Source: Catajapyx aquilonaris | Lineage: Eukaryota | Reading direction: 5' to 3' | Length of the DNA stretch: 64,000 nt | Assembly (NCBI GenBank): GCA_000934665.2 | Contig: KZ538085.1 | Coordinates: 62,001-126,000 of the forward strand | In this document: positions 14,601-28,402 of the stretch, piece by piece | How positions within the stretch are numbered: the first letter of the stretch is position 1 | Layout: each line of letters opens with the position of its first letter | The notes under the pieces: generated by a model | Database searches by the model: none | Seen by the model: only the letters and a program-made list of their open reading frames with translations | Told to the model about the DNA's origin: nothing | Position numbers and translations under genes: made by a program

Positions 14601-16409
14601 TTGTTGCTCGCTCGAATTGTCGCCTCGAAATCAGTCGATCACACAATGCGCAGCGTTGGTTTAAATTAAGGTTACCGTGATTTCGACATGAAGGATCCCA
14701 ACAGGTTGGAGAGGAAACTAGTTATAACTCTCGTAACTTCTTATCTCTCTTATGGGTGCCAGCCTTTATACACTATAAGTCAATGAACGCTACTACTGGC
14801 TGCGTGTTACATCAGAAGCCAGGAGGACATTACTTTGCTCTTTATAGTTCAGATGTAATTTATGGCTGTCATGCTGCGGTCGTTTGCTGTCTGGTGACAA
14901 CATTTCATACAGTCTGTGAGCGAGAGATTTTCAGCTATTGCGCAATCAGGTGCGCAATAGCAACGCGCACTAGGTTTGAATGCGCAGTAGCAGTGCGCAA
15001 TGGCTCTTAATGCGCAGTGCATATGCGCGTAATTTTCATAGCTATTTTAAGAACCGTTATGAACCATTCAGTCATGACACTTAAAATGCCAGACGCACAG
15101 GGAAGTTTCACCCCAAGAGTAAATGCGCCCAAATTGCAAATTGACGAAGCACACGAGGAAGCCGAAACGCAAACGAATGCGCACATTTGGGCGCATTCTT
15201 CCCATAATTAGCGAGCCTTTTAAAAATTGCGGAAATCGAAACTTAAAGAAGAAGAAAAAAAAAATGTAGGAATTGAGGACGTCTGGAAAAGATGGGCACC
15301 CAGCCCCACTGAAACTGGCGGTATGTGTTGAGAGTGGGGGTACTGCTGAGGAAGGAAAGGTCACGCCTGTCTGTGGTCAAAGGTCGGCACATTGGCGAGA
15401 AAGCGACCTTTTTTATTCTCTCTCCGGCGTCTCTTCCATTTCCCTGTGTGGCTGCTGCTCCCTTGCCCGATGGTGATGATGCTTCAACATTACACGAAAA
15501 CGCAATCACGAGGTTTTCTAATTCGGCCTGCTGGCTCCGGAACTATAGAAATACTTTAAAAACCATTGGTACTATACAATAGAAAGTGACCATTCTTTCC
15601 ACAAGTGGAATTGGTACCCTTGGTTCAAAAGCAAGAGGTTACTGACGATGCATTCAAATGAGCCACGCACTTGGACCGCAAAAGTACATGAAGGGCACGT
15701 GACCTTTGAAAAAGAATTTTGTGGCCATGATCTCTTTGCACAAAGGAATTAAATAATGTAAAATGCCTAATAATTAATGTTTTAAAAAAAGGATAGTGCG
15801 AATGGAATAATTGGGGTGAGAGGGTGGATTACTTCCCGAATAAATTTTTTTTTGTGCATTTTAAAGACATTTTTTTGTATTATGAAATCTGAAGCCTCAT
15901 GATCAATTCTCGCAAAGGTTTACTTAATTAATAAATTAATAGCGCAACATTACGACCATTGCAATGATATTTTCGCGAGTAAATTCAGGGGAGAAAAAAA
16001 GCAAAGTGATTTCCTTGTGCTTCTGATGACCTCTTGCTTTTAAAACCGATTTGAAATTTTTATTTGACCTAATTTTAAGCACTCGCAATACTTCGGGTGC
16101 AGTATTACCAGTTTATCTTTAATATATTCGGTGCAATATTTCACCTGAAAGTTTTAAGTTCGTAGAAACCTGAATCATTGGGGAAATTTGATGACCCCGT
16201 CCATATCCAAATGTCGTTTATATAGTCACACTTCACAGGAAAATTTTTGTGTCGACATTGCCCAGAATTTTTTCTGCCACCTGTCGTCACAAACCATGGG
16301 CAAAAATATATTGAATTTCGCATGTAATATCCACGCAATAAAATAATTGTTTTGCAAATAACCAATTTTGCACTTAAGTTCAAAATTGGTTATCTTCAAT
16401 CATTTTCAA

Positions 16410-16477
16410 TCCATAAACATTCTGACACACAGACGAGATTCTGCAGACTAATCTCTGTGTGTCAGAATGTTTATGGA
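16410..16477. repeat. Perfect 24-bp inverted repeat (68-nt hairpin)
   Basis: TCCATAAACATTCTGACACACAGA (16410-16433) / TCTGTGTGTCAGAATGTTTATGGA (16454-16477). Confidence 0.9.
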
Positions 16478-17152
16478 GTTAAATTAAATTACGATCCGTT
16501 CGCCCACTCCCAACGATATTCGTGATCGGTTATGCTGCACCAACTTTCGCCTGATGCGATGCAGTTATTGATATGCCTCCATACATGGAAATGATCTAAT
16601 CAATTCACTTTTGGACACTTGTCAATGACCGACCCTGCAGAGGAAGGTAGCACAAAGAACCCATCCAATTAAAGCTGAAACTGGAAGCACTTTGCATGCC
16701 AACTTGCTGTAAGGCGTTTTAATTACCACTATTTCGAAGCACGTGTGCGTCTCCCAAAGGTGTTATAATTATCTACCTAGTTGCATTGAAGCGTTGCCAT
16801 ATTTCCTCACAAACGTATGTATACATAGAAGGAGGCCGAATGGAGAGAGAGATTTCTTCTTCTTCTTTCTTCGTTTAACTTGTTCATCGAAGGGGGTGTT
16901 GTCTTGCAAGATGGTGCAACCATGCCGGGTGCAGCATGTGCAGATTGGGGAGAGAGGGAACCATTCCCATTGGCTGGCTCCACCGACATATATATATTCT
17001 CATATGCACACACCTCTTAGATAGTTGGTAGTTAGGGTGGCTGCCAGCAACGAAAAATATTTTCGAGAAGGACCATGAGTGCCATGTGCTAAAACAGTGC
17101 CATTTGTACCTTGCTTGGAGTGCATGTGACTTTTTTTTATACGTTTTGTGCC

Positions 17153-20100
17153 ATGCGGGGATTTTTTGGGATCCTCCGTAAGTAGGGCCTACATTGTTTG
17201 GTCTTTTAATTATCTGGATTATTTATTAAAATGTATTTAATTTAAATTTATGTTTAAATATCTTAATCGACTAATATGAATGTACTTATTTGCATTGTAT
17301 TATGGTCGTTTTTTGTTTGCATGTTTGTTTATAACTGCATCTCATTATCATCACTGCACATTTTATATAGAGAGGTGTTGTTGTTATTTTCGGTTTATTG
17401 TCCCGTTATTTGCCTTATTATGTAGTGCAGAATGTAGAGTGAAACTTACCCATAGCAAAATCACTCAATTAGGCAAAAAAAATCCGTAACGACCAGGTTT
17501 CATGCTCATTCGCAAAAAAAAAATCGCATTAGGAACCAAACGTTCCGTAATGGTGATATTATACCGTTTTGTGCCTACAATCAGATTCTTCTATATTATA
17601 TTGGCACTGGTTTTAGTTTTCCCGTGTGATTTTTAGTCTGGGAAGTGCATTCACTGATATAGGCTTGTTAATTACTGATAGCAATAGAAAATAGTGGGAC
17701 ATGCAGACAGCCTTAATTACTCTTATCTAGTCATGCGATGGTATACCGTAAGTAGGCCGATAATGAACAACATATTATACTCTAATTTGTGCAAGGTCGT
17801 TTAACCACTTTGATCGTATTATGCAGTGTTGTACAACACGGTGTGTTACTGCCTGCACTTCCAGTTTTATGGGTGGAAATGAAAGCAGCAGGCTTTGGCT
17901 TTTCTTTCCCGTCCTCGTCCTTTTTTTTGAATAACATCGTGAATGTCATGGTTTGTTTACAAAGCAACATTTCAATCCTTTATACGTTAAGCGGTACCGT
18001 ACTGCATACATTACTACTGTCAGTATTACAGGACGGGTTGCAAATGCAAAATATATACCGTATGCTTAGGATTCTCAATTGCATCGGCTTGTAAAAGTAA
18101 CCGAACAATAAATCATTATATTGACCTTTAAAAAACTGGAAGTGCAAGAATATACCCACAGTAATATCTGCATCGATATAATTGGTCCTAATCATATGCG
18201 TCTGTAATATACAGTAATGTATGCTGCAATAATTATCGCAATAACCCTTGTTACTTTATCTTGCATGAAGTTAAATAATTTACGATCAGTTTTTTGACGA
18301 GCTATTAACCTGTTAGTATACTATAGTGTTGACTTGTGGTAATTACAAAAGGTAGTAACATCTTAGTGAGATGAAAAAACGGTCAAAATATTTTTAAATG
18401 AAATTATGTACAATTTATTGCAATAGTTCAGTGATCAGTTTTACTCATTGCAACCATGCATTTATATCAACAATACTTGCCTATTAATCATAATTAATCA
18501 GTATTAATAGGAAATCAACACATTAGTAATTATTAGACGATTTATATTGTAAGCCGTTAATTTTATTCATTTTAATTAATTGCATTAATAAAGGCGTCAT
18601 CGCTGGCTACCCCATGCTTGGGACAATGCCATGAAGAAATGAATTGATTAATTAATTAAAGTAGTGTTAATTAAATATTGCTCATTCCCAAATCGGAGTG
18701 CTGATAATGATGGAGTGCAAAGTTGTGATTGATCAGTTGAGTACACTGCAAAAATAATGTCAAATATATTGCTGAGAATTGCTTGTCCCTTGAATCATTC
18801 CCCATCAGTGTTGTCCAGCTGCTGGGCGCTGTCTTCTGGACAGGCCCAGTTCCAGGTGGACAACCAGCTCCGGCTCCAGCAGCCTCCGCAACAGGAACCC
18901 CAGGCCGAACCCACAGGAGGAGGGGATGACCCGAGCCTCTGGGACATCAGGGACTCTGTACCCGGAGAACCCGGAAGAGACTACCCAACACACAACAAGC
19001 CTCCAACCACCTTCAACTGCCGGGGAAGAACAGCCGGTGAGAGGTCAAAGCACAGGTCAAAATCATGCTGATCATTATGTAACAATGAGCAAGGGTGCCA
19101 ATATCACCTGTCAAGTACGAGGGCATTCAACTACATCCTCAAGTTCTTGGGAGAAAGTAAGATCGCCAAAAGAAGCTGTCTGTAAACCTATCTGTTTCTT
19201 GCGGCTATGAGGATGTAACTCATTCGTGATAACCCCTTGAAATTGCAATTTTTTTTTTGCAACATGTTTTCCCCGGTGCATATGACCCATAAATCAGCAC
19301 ATTGCCCCCCTCGAGAGTAATATGCAGCAGGACAGCTGACGTTTTGAAGTGGCAGAAACTGATCCCCCGTCGCGTAGATCTCTTTGATGACAATATTATT
19401 ATACTATGGGGAGAGAGATTTCTCCAGTCGGTTTTTTGTCACGCCTTCTTTTCAAATGCAGATATTTCGTAACCTGTTTCGCTACAGCACCTTGCAATGG
19501 GATGACTTCTTTTTTCAAGGGCAGACAACAGGGCAACATTTACAGTAAGGATGGTGCAATTTTTTTGTACTATTCAAGGGAGGTGTAGAAAGTGAATTGT
19601 TTACTCCAGCAAATTTTGCAAAGATGGAATGAATTGAAGCCAAATTCCAAGTACGACATTTTGCTTTTGATTGCCATGACCTAATAGGGACATTAATGGA
19701 CATGTAGCATCAGCAGTGTGAAGTGAAACCTTAATTGGGCCGTTGGTCGACCTCGGGAATCTTCTCGCGAATTTTTCATGAGACCTCCCCACTTAATTCT
19801 TGAGTTTGCGAATATGCACTTTTTCTCTCTCGCTTAGTTCGGCTGTAATTATACGCGTTGCACTTGCGTGTCTTCTTAATTCGAGTCTGGCATGAACGTC
19901 TGCTGGTGGAGAGAAAGTTTTTAAAATTTAAAACAAAAACATGAATAGGTATATAGGCAACCTGTAATGTCACCACTCTTTGCAAAAAAAAAAAAGTCAT
20001 GTTTGATGAGTAACTTTCTCTCTCAAATTCAGTAGGTGCGTAGGTTGGAGGCTCAGATGAACCTTGAACCGCGTGTCAAAATGTACAAAGGACCGACGTG

Positions 20101-23100
20101 TATATACTTTTTTAATTCGGCCATCTGTTATGCACCCTGTCATACATCTCTCAAGAGGCAGAAGTACTCACTCGGCACGTGCAAATACAATAATTGGCGA
20201 TAATTTTCAGTCGGGTAGTTGCTAACAATCTCATATATCAAAAGTGAAAGTCATTTATGCCAGTTTTTGAGTAATATTTTGAAAATGCGATATGTAAATA
20301 GTGATTATTTCCAGCAAAATATTGTTTGCAAAAATCATAGGCTCGCAATTTTTTGTTGGCCTGTGTAGCTATATTGCAGGTTTTGTGAATTCAGTGCGAT
20401 TAATGTTGGTTGCCTACAGGATCAGGATAGACGATTCATCCTTATTGCAAGCAACCATCATTAACCATCTCAAATAATGCAATCAATGCAATTATTTATT
20501 AATCATTCTGGAGTGCAGATGCCTACAATAAGTAACGAACGAATACTGTTTAATTAATTGCAATCTGAGATTATTAGCTCGAATCAAACAAAACTTTTGT
20601 ACCGAATGGAATTTTCCGTCCATTTGACATGTTTTAATTCAATATTAATAATGTCTTGCGTATTTAAGAAATCTTGTACAGTACGTTGAAAAGCAAACCT
20701 TGAACCGCGCCAGTTATGGTCATCATATTAGGACGAAATATGACAAAAAGGCCACAGACCCGGAAGAATAACTGAGTGTTACAAGTGGGGTAATTCCTAG
20801 TGTTTAATCTAACTTGTGATGAGTCACCCTTTCACCTCGCCGTACCGTATGTACAGTGCACGCGTACGTCGTCAGCTATTACATGATGGCGTTCTACTCG
20901 AGCATAACTTATCCAAAAGAGTAAAGTTGAACTGGTCTCCTGAGGAGAGAGAGTAGTTGCCAAGGGGTGACATTTTGCAACCAAATGCGCATTTGTTTTT
21001 AACACTTCCATTCCTTACGTAACGAGCAACCGCACCGGTACTTTAAAAAAAAAAACAGATGTGTACAGGGTGGATCAGAACTTCAGGGCATCCAGCAGCA
21101 GCAGCTTTGGACTGGTTGAACCAGTGGATGTCCTGTAGTTTTGAGTCACCCTGTGATTGTACGACCGGTGGCCACCGATTATTGTTGTGATAAGTGATGG
21201 ACCTTGACCAGTATTGCCGGAGACAGAACCCGTTCATGCATCATAGCAATAGCATTATAAAGTACACTCCCTTTCGTCAAGGCTGATGCTCATCTCTTAG
21301 CTGGGGACATCATATCGCGTAATGTCACGCGTACATGTGTGTCATGCATGCCATAACAATTTGTCTCGAACACTGGGTGGTGCAGCAGTCAACAATAAAG
21401 AATGAATAAGTGTGACCTCATTGCGGACGTGCACTCTCGTTTATTGAGGCAAGTGTAACGGCAGGTGTCATTTAAAAGAAAAAAATAATTGATTAAGGTG
21501 TTCCAGTTCTAGAAGGACGGGATGATTTGTCACGACGGAACAGTTTAAACAACAATGCCCGGTTGAATTGCGCAAATTAATGCAACTTGCACTGTATGTC
21601 ATGCATATGCAAATCAGTCTTTTGCAGTCTTCCTGATGGTGAAACTAATGTCCGCCTACACACGATGAAAAATTACATGCTGCCATATTCTCACATGCAT
21701 GTCTTGCTGATAATTCTCATTTTTTTTCCGAGCAAGGACTCGTGCACACCAAAAAAAAATAACGTCCGATTATTATAACTCGAGGTCGCTATTTTGTTGC
21801 TATGATTATCCTATTTGGAGGACAGCAAGAGGCATGGCACTAGATATTATCTAACAAAGAGTTACCAATCCTGAGTTATGTCACTCTCTGCGACAACACT
21901 ATACCGTGTACTTATTTGTGCCCTTTGGTTCGTACAGGCATGCGGTAGGTACAGGTACAGCTTGTTATGTTGCATAACCGGAAACCTGTTCCTGCCTCTC
22001 GGTCCAGATAACTGTCAATCCAGAATAAATAGCCACAGCATGGCGTACACGGCTACCTCTGACAAAAAAATGCAAGCAGTGGTATGTACCGGCGTAAAAA
22101 TGTCTTAAGTATGTATACCACACGGTGCATACAACAGCTTGGGAATGACAATGACATTTTTTTCCCCGTACTGTTAGGCGACAACAAAGATGTTACGCAA
22201 CTAACGCTCCACTTGTCCGTTGCGTAATGTTTGTTATGCTCTGGTCGCAATTTTTAATACAAGTTCTCAATCAAACGCGTCCCTTTACTCACCACAGCAA
22301 AGCAACCTGAGTCGTGACTAAACTACTGGACGAAAATGAAAGTCAATCACCATACATTGTTTCAGGTGCCCTCTTTCTGCCAAAATTGACAAAGACAATG
22401 CGCGGAATACCAATTACGAGTTGTGGTCAGAGTGATTTTGTCTGATCTTTCTGTTCTTCTGTCCACAGGGTACTACGCTGATGTGGAGTCCGGTTGCCAG
22501 GCTTTCCACGTGTGCGGTCCTGATTCAGGCAACGGAGGTGCAATCGCACAGTCCTTCCTGTGTCCGAACGGTTCGCTGTTCAACCAGGCGGTACAGGTAT
22601 GCGACTGGTGGGAGAAGGTGAACTGCGGAGAGGCCGAGAGGGACTTCCCACACGAGATCGACGACGAGAGAGACATTCTGTCAGTGGCTATCGTACCGAA
22701 GCGTCCGGAGGAAATCAAGGAGATACCCACAGAACCTCCAGCGAAGAAGAAGGTGTACCTGCCTCCGAACAACCGGTTCCAGCATGAGACCGAAGAGCTG
22801 ATCGACTCGCAGGGGATTACTCCGAAGAGAAAGACCACCATCAGGCCGACGGTACCGACGCAAAGACCGAGGCCGCCACTGGTGGTCAATCTGCCTCCGT
22901 ATGACCCAGATCAGGAGGTGTTCGTACCGGAGACTAATAACGTACCTCTATCGCCGTTCGCGGTCATCGGAGGCGAACCGGCGGTGGACAGGGCGTACCT
23001 GCCGCCGTTTACGACCAGGGAACCGGTAACGACGAGAAGGCCGGTTACGTCAACGACGAGGAGTCCGGTGACGTTTACGACAACGACTCAGAGGCCGTAC

Positions 23101-25356
23101 ACGTACACTCCACCACCTGTTACGACTCGAAGGCCCGTGACAACCAGGCGACCTATTACGACAGTACCTGTGACGTACCTGCCGCCTCTCACTACTCGAC
23201 GGCCAGTTACGTCAACGACGAGGAGTCCGGTGACGTTCACTACGACCAGGAGAACGACGGAGAGACCTTACACGTACACACCGCCACCAGTGACGTACCT
23301 GCCGCCTGTGACCTTGCCACCTGTCACACGAAGTACCACAACAACAACGAGGCGGCCAGTTACACAAACGACACGCAGTCCGGTGACATTCACGACACCC
23401 AGGAGAACGACGGAGAGGCCGTACACGTACACACCGCCACCAGTGACGTATCTGCCGCCTGTGACGTTGCCACCTGTCACACGAAGGACCACAACAACAA
23501 CGCGAAGACCAATCACGCAGACAACACGGAGTCCAGTCACATTCACTACAACAACACAGAGGCCGTACACGTACACACCACCGCCAGCGACGTACCTTCC
23601 GCCAGTGACGTCGCCACCTGTAACGCGAAGGACCACAACAACAACGCGAAGACCAATCACACAGACAACACGGAGTCCCGTGACATTCACTACAACAACA
23701 CAAAGGCCGTACACGTACACACCGCCACCAGTGACGTATCTGCCGCCTGTGACGTTGCCACCTGTCACGCGAAGGACCACAACAACAACGCGACGACCAG
23801 TCACGCAGACAACACGAAGTCCAGTCACATTCACTACAACAACACAGCGGCCGTACACGTACACACCACCGCCAGCGACGTACCTTCCGCCAGTGACGTC
23901 GCCGCCTGTCACGCGAAGGACTACAACAACAACGCGAAGACCCATCACGCAGACAACACGGAGTCCCGTGACATTCACTACAACAACACAAAGGCCGTAC
24001 ACGTACACACCACCGCCAGCGACGTACCTGCCACCGGTCACGACAACAACTTTGGCACCGGTCACTCGAACCACGACCACAAGAAGGCCGGTGACACAAA
24101 CAACTCGTAGCCCTGTGACATTCACTACAACGACACAGAGGCCGTACACGTACACTCCTCCACCTGTCACGTACCTGCCTCCAGTAACACAGACGACAAC
24201 GACACGAAGACCTATCACGCAAACCACACGTAGTCCGGTCACCTTCACGACAACGACACAAAGGCCGTACACGTACACTCCTCCTCCGAGCACTTACTTG
24301 CCTCCGGAGACAACGAGAGCACCGGTGACGCATAGAACACCGCCGAACACGTACCTTCCGCCGTACACATATCCAGACACAACGAGAAGACCGAGCACGT
24401 ACGAAACGACACGCAGTCCTGTTACGTTTACAACCACTCGAAGACCGTACACGGCTCCTAGTTATCTCCCACCGTTGGAGACGAGTACATTCAGGCCGTA
24501 CACATACCCCAGCACTTACCCATCAAGCACCTACACGTACCCCAGCACAACTCAGAGGCCATACACTTACCCGTCCAGCACATACACATACCCTGCCAGT
24601 ACTTACACGTATCCGAGCACCACGCAAAGGCCATACACGTACCCGTCCAGTACCTACACGTACCCATCTAGTACTTACACGTACCCAAGTACGACCCAGC
24701 GTCCATACACATACCCAAGTACGTCGGACGGATACTCATACAGCACGCCGTCTGCCAGGCCTCTGACGTACCCCCCTCGTACCACTTCGCGTACGTACCT
24801 TCCTCCTTTAGATGACAACGTGCGAAGACCTCAAGTCGTACCAGGTAACATCCTGCCTCCTTATGGCGAATCGTTCGTTACGTCGACCGGAGTTGGAACG
24901 AGGTCAAAGGGCGATGGAGGTGCTGTACTGACGTCGAATGGCAACCGTATCGGTGGCATCGACGATCCGTACGAGTTCAGTATCCAGCAGGCGCCGATAG
25001 TGTACGAGCTGCATACCGCAGAAGGTCCGGACCCGAGGTACAACTACAAGGACGAGATTGTGCTGAACCCTCTGTACCAGCAGCAACGGAGACAGGCGAC
25101 TCATCAGACCGCATCGTCGTCGCCCCTGTTCGGCGAAACAGTGTACGACCATCCGTCGCAGCTCTCGACACAATACTACTCCTCGCAGTACGACACTTCT
25201 CAGTACGACACCTCGCAGTACACCGACTCGATCTTCGCAGCCTCGCAGTACGACTCGTCCGATCGCATGACACACACCGGAGTGCAACCCCCGACGCACC
25301 TCATCGGCGACTACGTGTTCAACGGAGCTACGGGTATTACCAAGAAGCGGAAATGA
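17153..25356 (+). CDS. Secreted chitin-binding type-2 (CBM14/peritrophin-A) protein with Thr/Pro/Tyr repeats, paralog A
   Basis: Exons 17153-17177, 18809-19036, 22469-25356, all phase-1 junctions. Signal peptide MRGFFGILLLSSCWALSSGQA. Motif SVPGEPGRDYP, then FNC..RTAGYYADVESGCQAFHVC...FLCPNGSLFNQAVQVCDWWEKVNC. Long repeats of TRSPVTFTTTTQRPYTYTPPP.TYLPP. Confidence 0.9.
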
Positions 25357-25528
25357 TTCTTAATTAATTAATTAATTATTATTATTATTAAGTAGGAATG
25401 AACGTCTTCGTATGGAAAACGCATGTCATGTTTTGAATTTTAAAAAATGCAAAATAAAACATATGTACAGTAAAAGTGTCGGCGATAATTTATTCTGGCA
25501 ATAATCACGTCGTCTGGTCACTATCGAC

Positions 25529-25720
25529 GATTTTTTTTACGAGCGCAACCAAGTGCGCACCCAGGCTCGCGCAAGTCCACGTTTCGCGACAAAGGTAGCC
25601 TCTAAGGTTCGTTGGCAACATCGCAAACGTCACCCGTACTGTTACCCCTTAAAGTGTAGTGTTGGAAACAATTTGCGCGAACTGTATTGCGCACTCGGTT
25701 GCGCTCATTAAAAAAAAATC
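25529..25720. mobile_element. MITE-like element with ~30-bp imperfect TIRs
   Basis: GATTTTTTTTACGAGCGCAACCAAGTGCGCA ... TGCGCACTCGGTTGCGCTCATTAAAAAAAAATC; lies between convergent 3' ends. Confidence 0.6.
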
Positions 25721-25923
25721 ATATTTAGGTTACTTTTGTTGCCTAATGATTTTCATCACAGTGAAACAAGCATCGTATGACCACAGTGAGTATATACACA
25801 GTACATTATATGTTGCATTAAATTTTAATTGTTGCATTATATTTTCAGGGGCTCACCTGTGCACATACGCGGTGCATAAATTTATAGGAGTAATGACGCT
25901 CGGATGAGGTACGGGCACCAACG

Positions 25924-27019
25924 TCAGAGTTGGGACAGAAGAGGAAGCAGTTCTTTGAGCGATCCGGCGTAGTAATCCGGAACCAACTTCTTGTCCTCCG
26001 GGTCCGAAGATTCGATCCATCCTGTCAAGTCGCTCAGCTCCGTGCAACCGGACATGACCAGAAGAGTCTGCAATCCGCAGTACTTCCCGAAGAGGATGTC
26101 GCTCCTGACCCTGTCGCCAATCATCAGTGTCCTCTGGGGTATCACTGTCGGGTACTCTCGTCGTACCGCCTCGAACATGATCGTGGTCGGCTTGCCCAAA
26201 TTGATCGGTTCTCTCTGAGCACAGGTCTTCACCGCACTCACCAGCGTACCAGTACCTGCATATAAAGAGCCATGTTAATAGGTCCGTCTCATTGTTACCC
26301 TCGCGAAACGTACCGGGTGCCATCCTCGTTGTTGTCTTGAAGGGAAATTTCTCGTCATGGTTGGCCACCATGAAGATGCACGTCGGGTTGCTCAGGTACG
26401 ATGCGGCTTTGATCATCTTTGGGAAGCTGAAGTTGTGATCAAACCCGATTATGACTGCTCCGATGTCCTTGTCCAGACTCTGCGACTCCACGTACGGAAG
26501 GAAGTGCTGTCCGGCTGGCATTGGGTCAGGTGATAGCCCGATGTGCGGTATGGAGAACGTGTCCAGCTCTTCTCCGATGCCTGGCTCCCCGATGATGTAC
26601 ACCTTCTTGCTGAAACCAAGCTCGTCGAGGAGCGATGCTGCGACGTACGACGTGCAGAACATGCTCCTGACACCGTTCTGCAGGGGCATACCCAGACGAG
26701 CACACTTTGGGATGTACCCGGCCCTCGACTTCATGCTGTTGTTGGTCACGTACAGGACACGTTTGCCCAGCCTGCAGAAGTGCTGTATGGCTTCGGCGCT
26801 TCCTTCGATGGCATCCTCGTCTGACCAGAGGACGCCGTCGCAGTCGCTTAGCACGGTGTCGAACGACGACAGCCAGTCCTTGGCCTCGTCCAATCTCATC
26901 AACGGCAAATACGTGGGGCTATCGCTGTCAAAAACACACCGGACGATATAAATGATAAATATCCCCATTATTAGTAACCTCTACAATAAATGTTCTCACC
27001 TTTCTTCTGTTTCAATCAT
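25924..27019 (-). CDS. HAD-IIA phosphatase (phosphoglycolate/glycerol-3-phosphate/pyridoxal-phosphate phosphatase family), copy 1
   Basis: Exons 27019-27000, 26924-26314, 26255-25924. Motifs: FDTVLSDCDGVLW (DxD), VTNNS, GKP, LMIGDRVRSDILFG. Confidence 0.92.
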
Positions 27020-27294
27020 CTTTAGATGTAGCCACAGGTCAATTGGTTCACTTGCGAATTTTTAAGTAATATAAATAAGTGCCTAAATTTTGATAAAGTA
27101 GCATATAATGTCGAGAGTTCCTGTTTGACTTGTGCCACTTTTTTAAATATTGTTGCAAATGTACGAAGAGTTGGCAACCGACGTAAATAAACACTGCGTG
27201 TATAAATAATTGCATTTTAATCGCGTGTTATTTGGGGTTGAGTGCATGAATTTGGAGCAACGACCTGTACGGACACCGAGTCATGCCCGCTGCG

Positions 27295-28402
27295 TCAGAG
27301 TTGGGACAGAAGCGGAAGCAGTTCTTTGAGCGATCCGGCGTAGTAATCCGGAACCAACATCTGGTCCTCCGGGTTCGAAGATGCGATCCAACCTTCCATG
27401 TCGCTGACCTCTGCGCAACCGGACATGACCAGAAGAGTCTGCAATCCGCAGTACTTCCCGAAGAGGATGTCGCTCTGTGCCCTGTCGCCAATCATGAGTG
27501 TCCTCTGGGGTGTCACTGTTGGGTACTCTCGCCGTACCGCTTCGAACATGATCGTGGACGGCTTGCCCAAAAGGATGGGTTTGCGCTCGATGGACTTAGT
27601 CACCGCAGTCACCAGTGTACCGGTACCTGAATAAAGAGCCAGACAATAATTGCTTCAACCAGGCCTTCCCAATTGGGGTTCAAAGTGTATACCGGGTACA
27701 AGCCTGGACCCCTTGAAAGGAAACTTCTCGTCAAAGTTGGCCGCCATGAAGATGCATTTGGGGTTGTTCGTCAGGTACGATACTGCCTTGATCATCTTTG
27801 GGAAGCTGAAGTGGTAATCGAACCCAACGATGACAGCACCGATGTCCTTGTCCAGACGCTGCGTCTCCAAGTACGGAACGAAGTGCTGTCCGTCTGGCAT
27901 CGGGTCAGGTCCTATCCCGATGTGCGGTATGGAGAAATTGTCCAGCTCCTCTCCGATGCCTGACTCACCGATGACGTACACCTTCTTGTTGAAACCCATC
28001 TCCTTCAGAAGGAAAGCTGCGGTGTACGACGGGCAGAACATGCTTTTCTCTCCGTCCTGCATGGGCATACCCAAACGGGCGCACTTCGGGACATACCCGC
28101 CCCTGGACGTCGTACAGTTGTTGGTCACGTACATGACACGTTTGCCCAGCCTAGAGAAGTGCTGTACGGTTTCTGCGCTTCCGTCGATGCCTTCATTACC
28201 AGACCACAGGACGCCGTCGCAGTCGTTTAGCACGGTGTCGAACGACGACAGCCACGACCTGGCCTCCTCCAGGGTCATCGACGGCAAGAATTTGGGGACA
28301 ATACTGCCAAAACACACCGGACGATACTATAAAGCTATCGTGCTGACGGAAAAAAAATTCATCTCACCTTGTTCGAGTTGAATCATTGCGAATTTGCACC
28401 AT
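27295..28402 (-). CDS. HAD-IIA phosphatase, copy 2 (tandem paralog)
   Basis: Exons 28402-28368, 28303-27693, 27626-27295. Motifs: FDTVLNDCDGVLW, VTNNC, GKPS, LMIGDRAQSDILFG. Intron positions match copy 1. Confidence 0.92.

Noticed and set aside
9500..16400. Many 60-130 aa ORFs and exon-like segments (e.g. 11115-11254 minus, 11300-11365 plus)
   Set aside because: No recognisable protein motif or consistent splice chain; a lncRNA or decayed TE cannot be excluded
23212..24333. Long antisense ORFs (373 aa Cys/Arg-rich; 341 aa Val/Gly-rich), with similar ones at 32602-33573 and 35689-36531
   Set aside because: Mirror frames of Thr/Pro repeat coding sequence, which lack stops by composition
23000..24720. 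Regular repeats that could be mistaken for a CRISPR array or satellite
   Set aside because: In-frame coding repeats with synonymous variation, no unique spacers, no cas genes, and a eukaryotic context
25853..26968. 371-aa ORF as a complete phosphatase
   Set aside because: It reads through introns and changes frame; the spliced model restores HAD motifs III and IV
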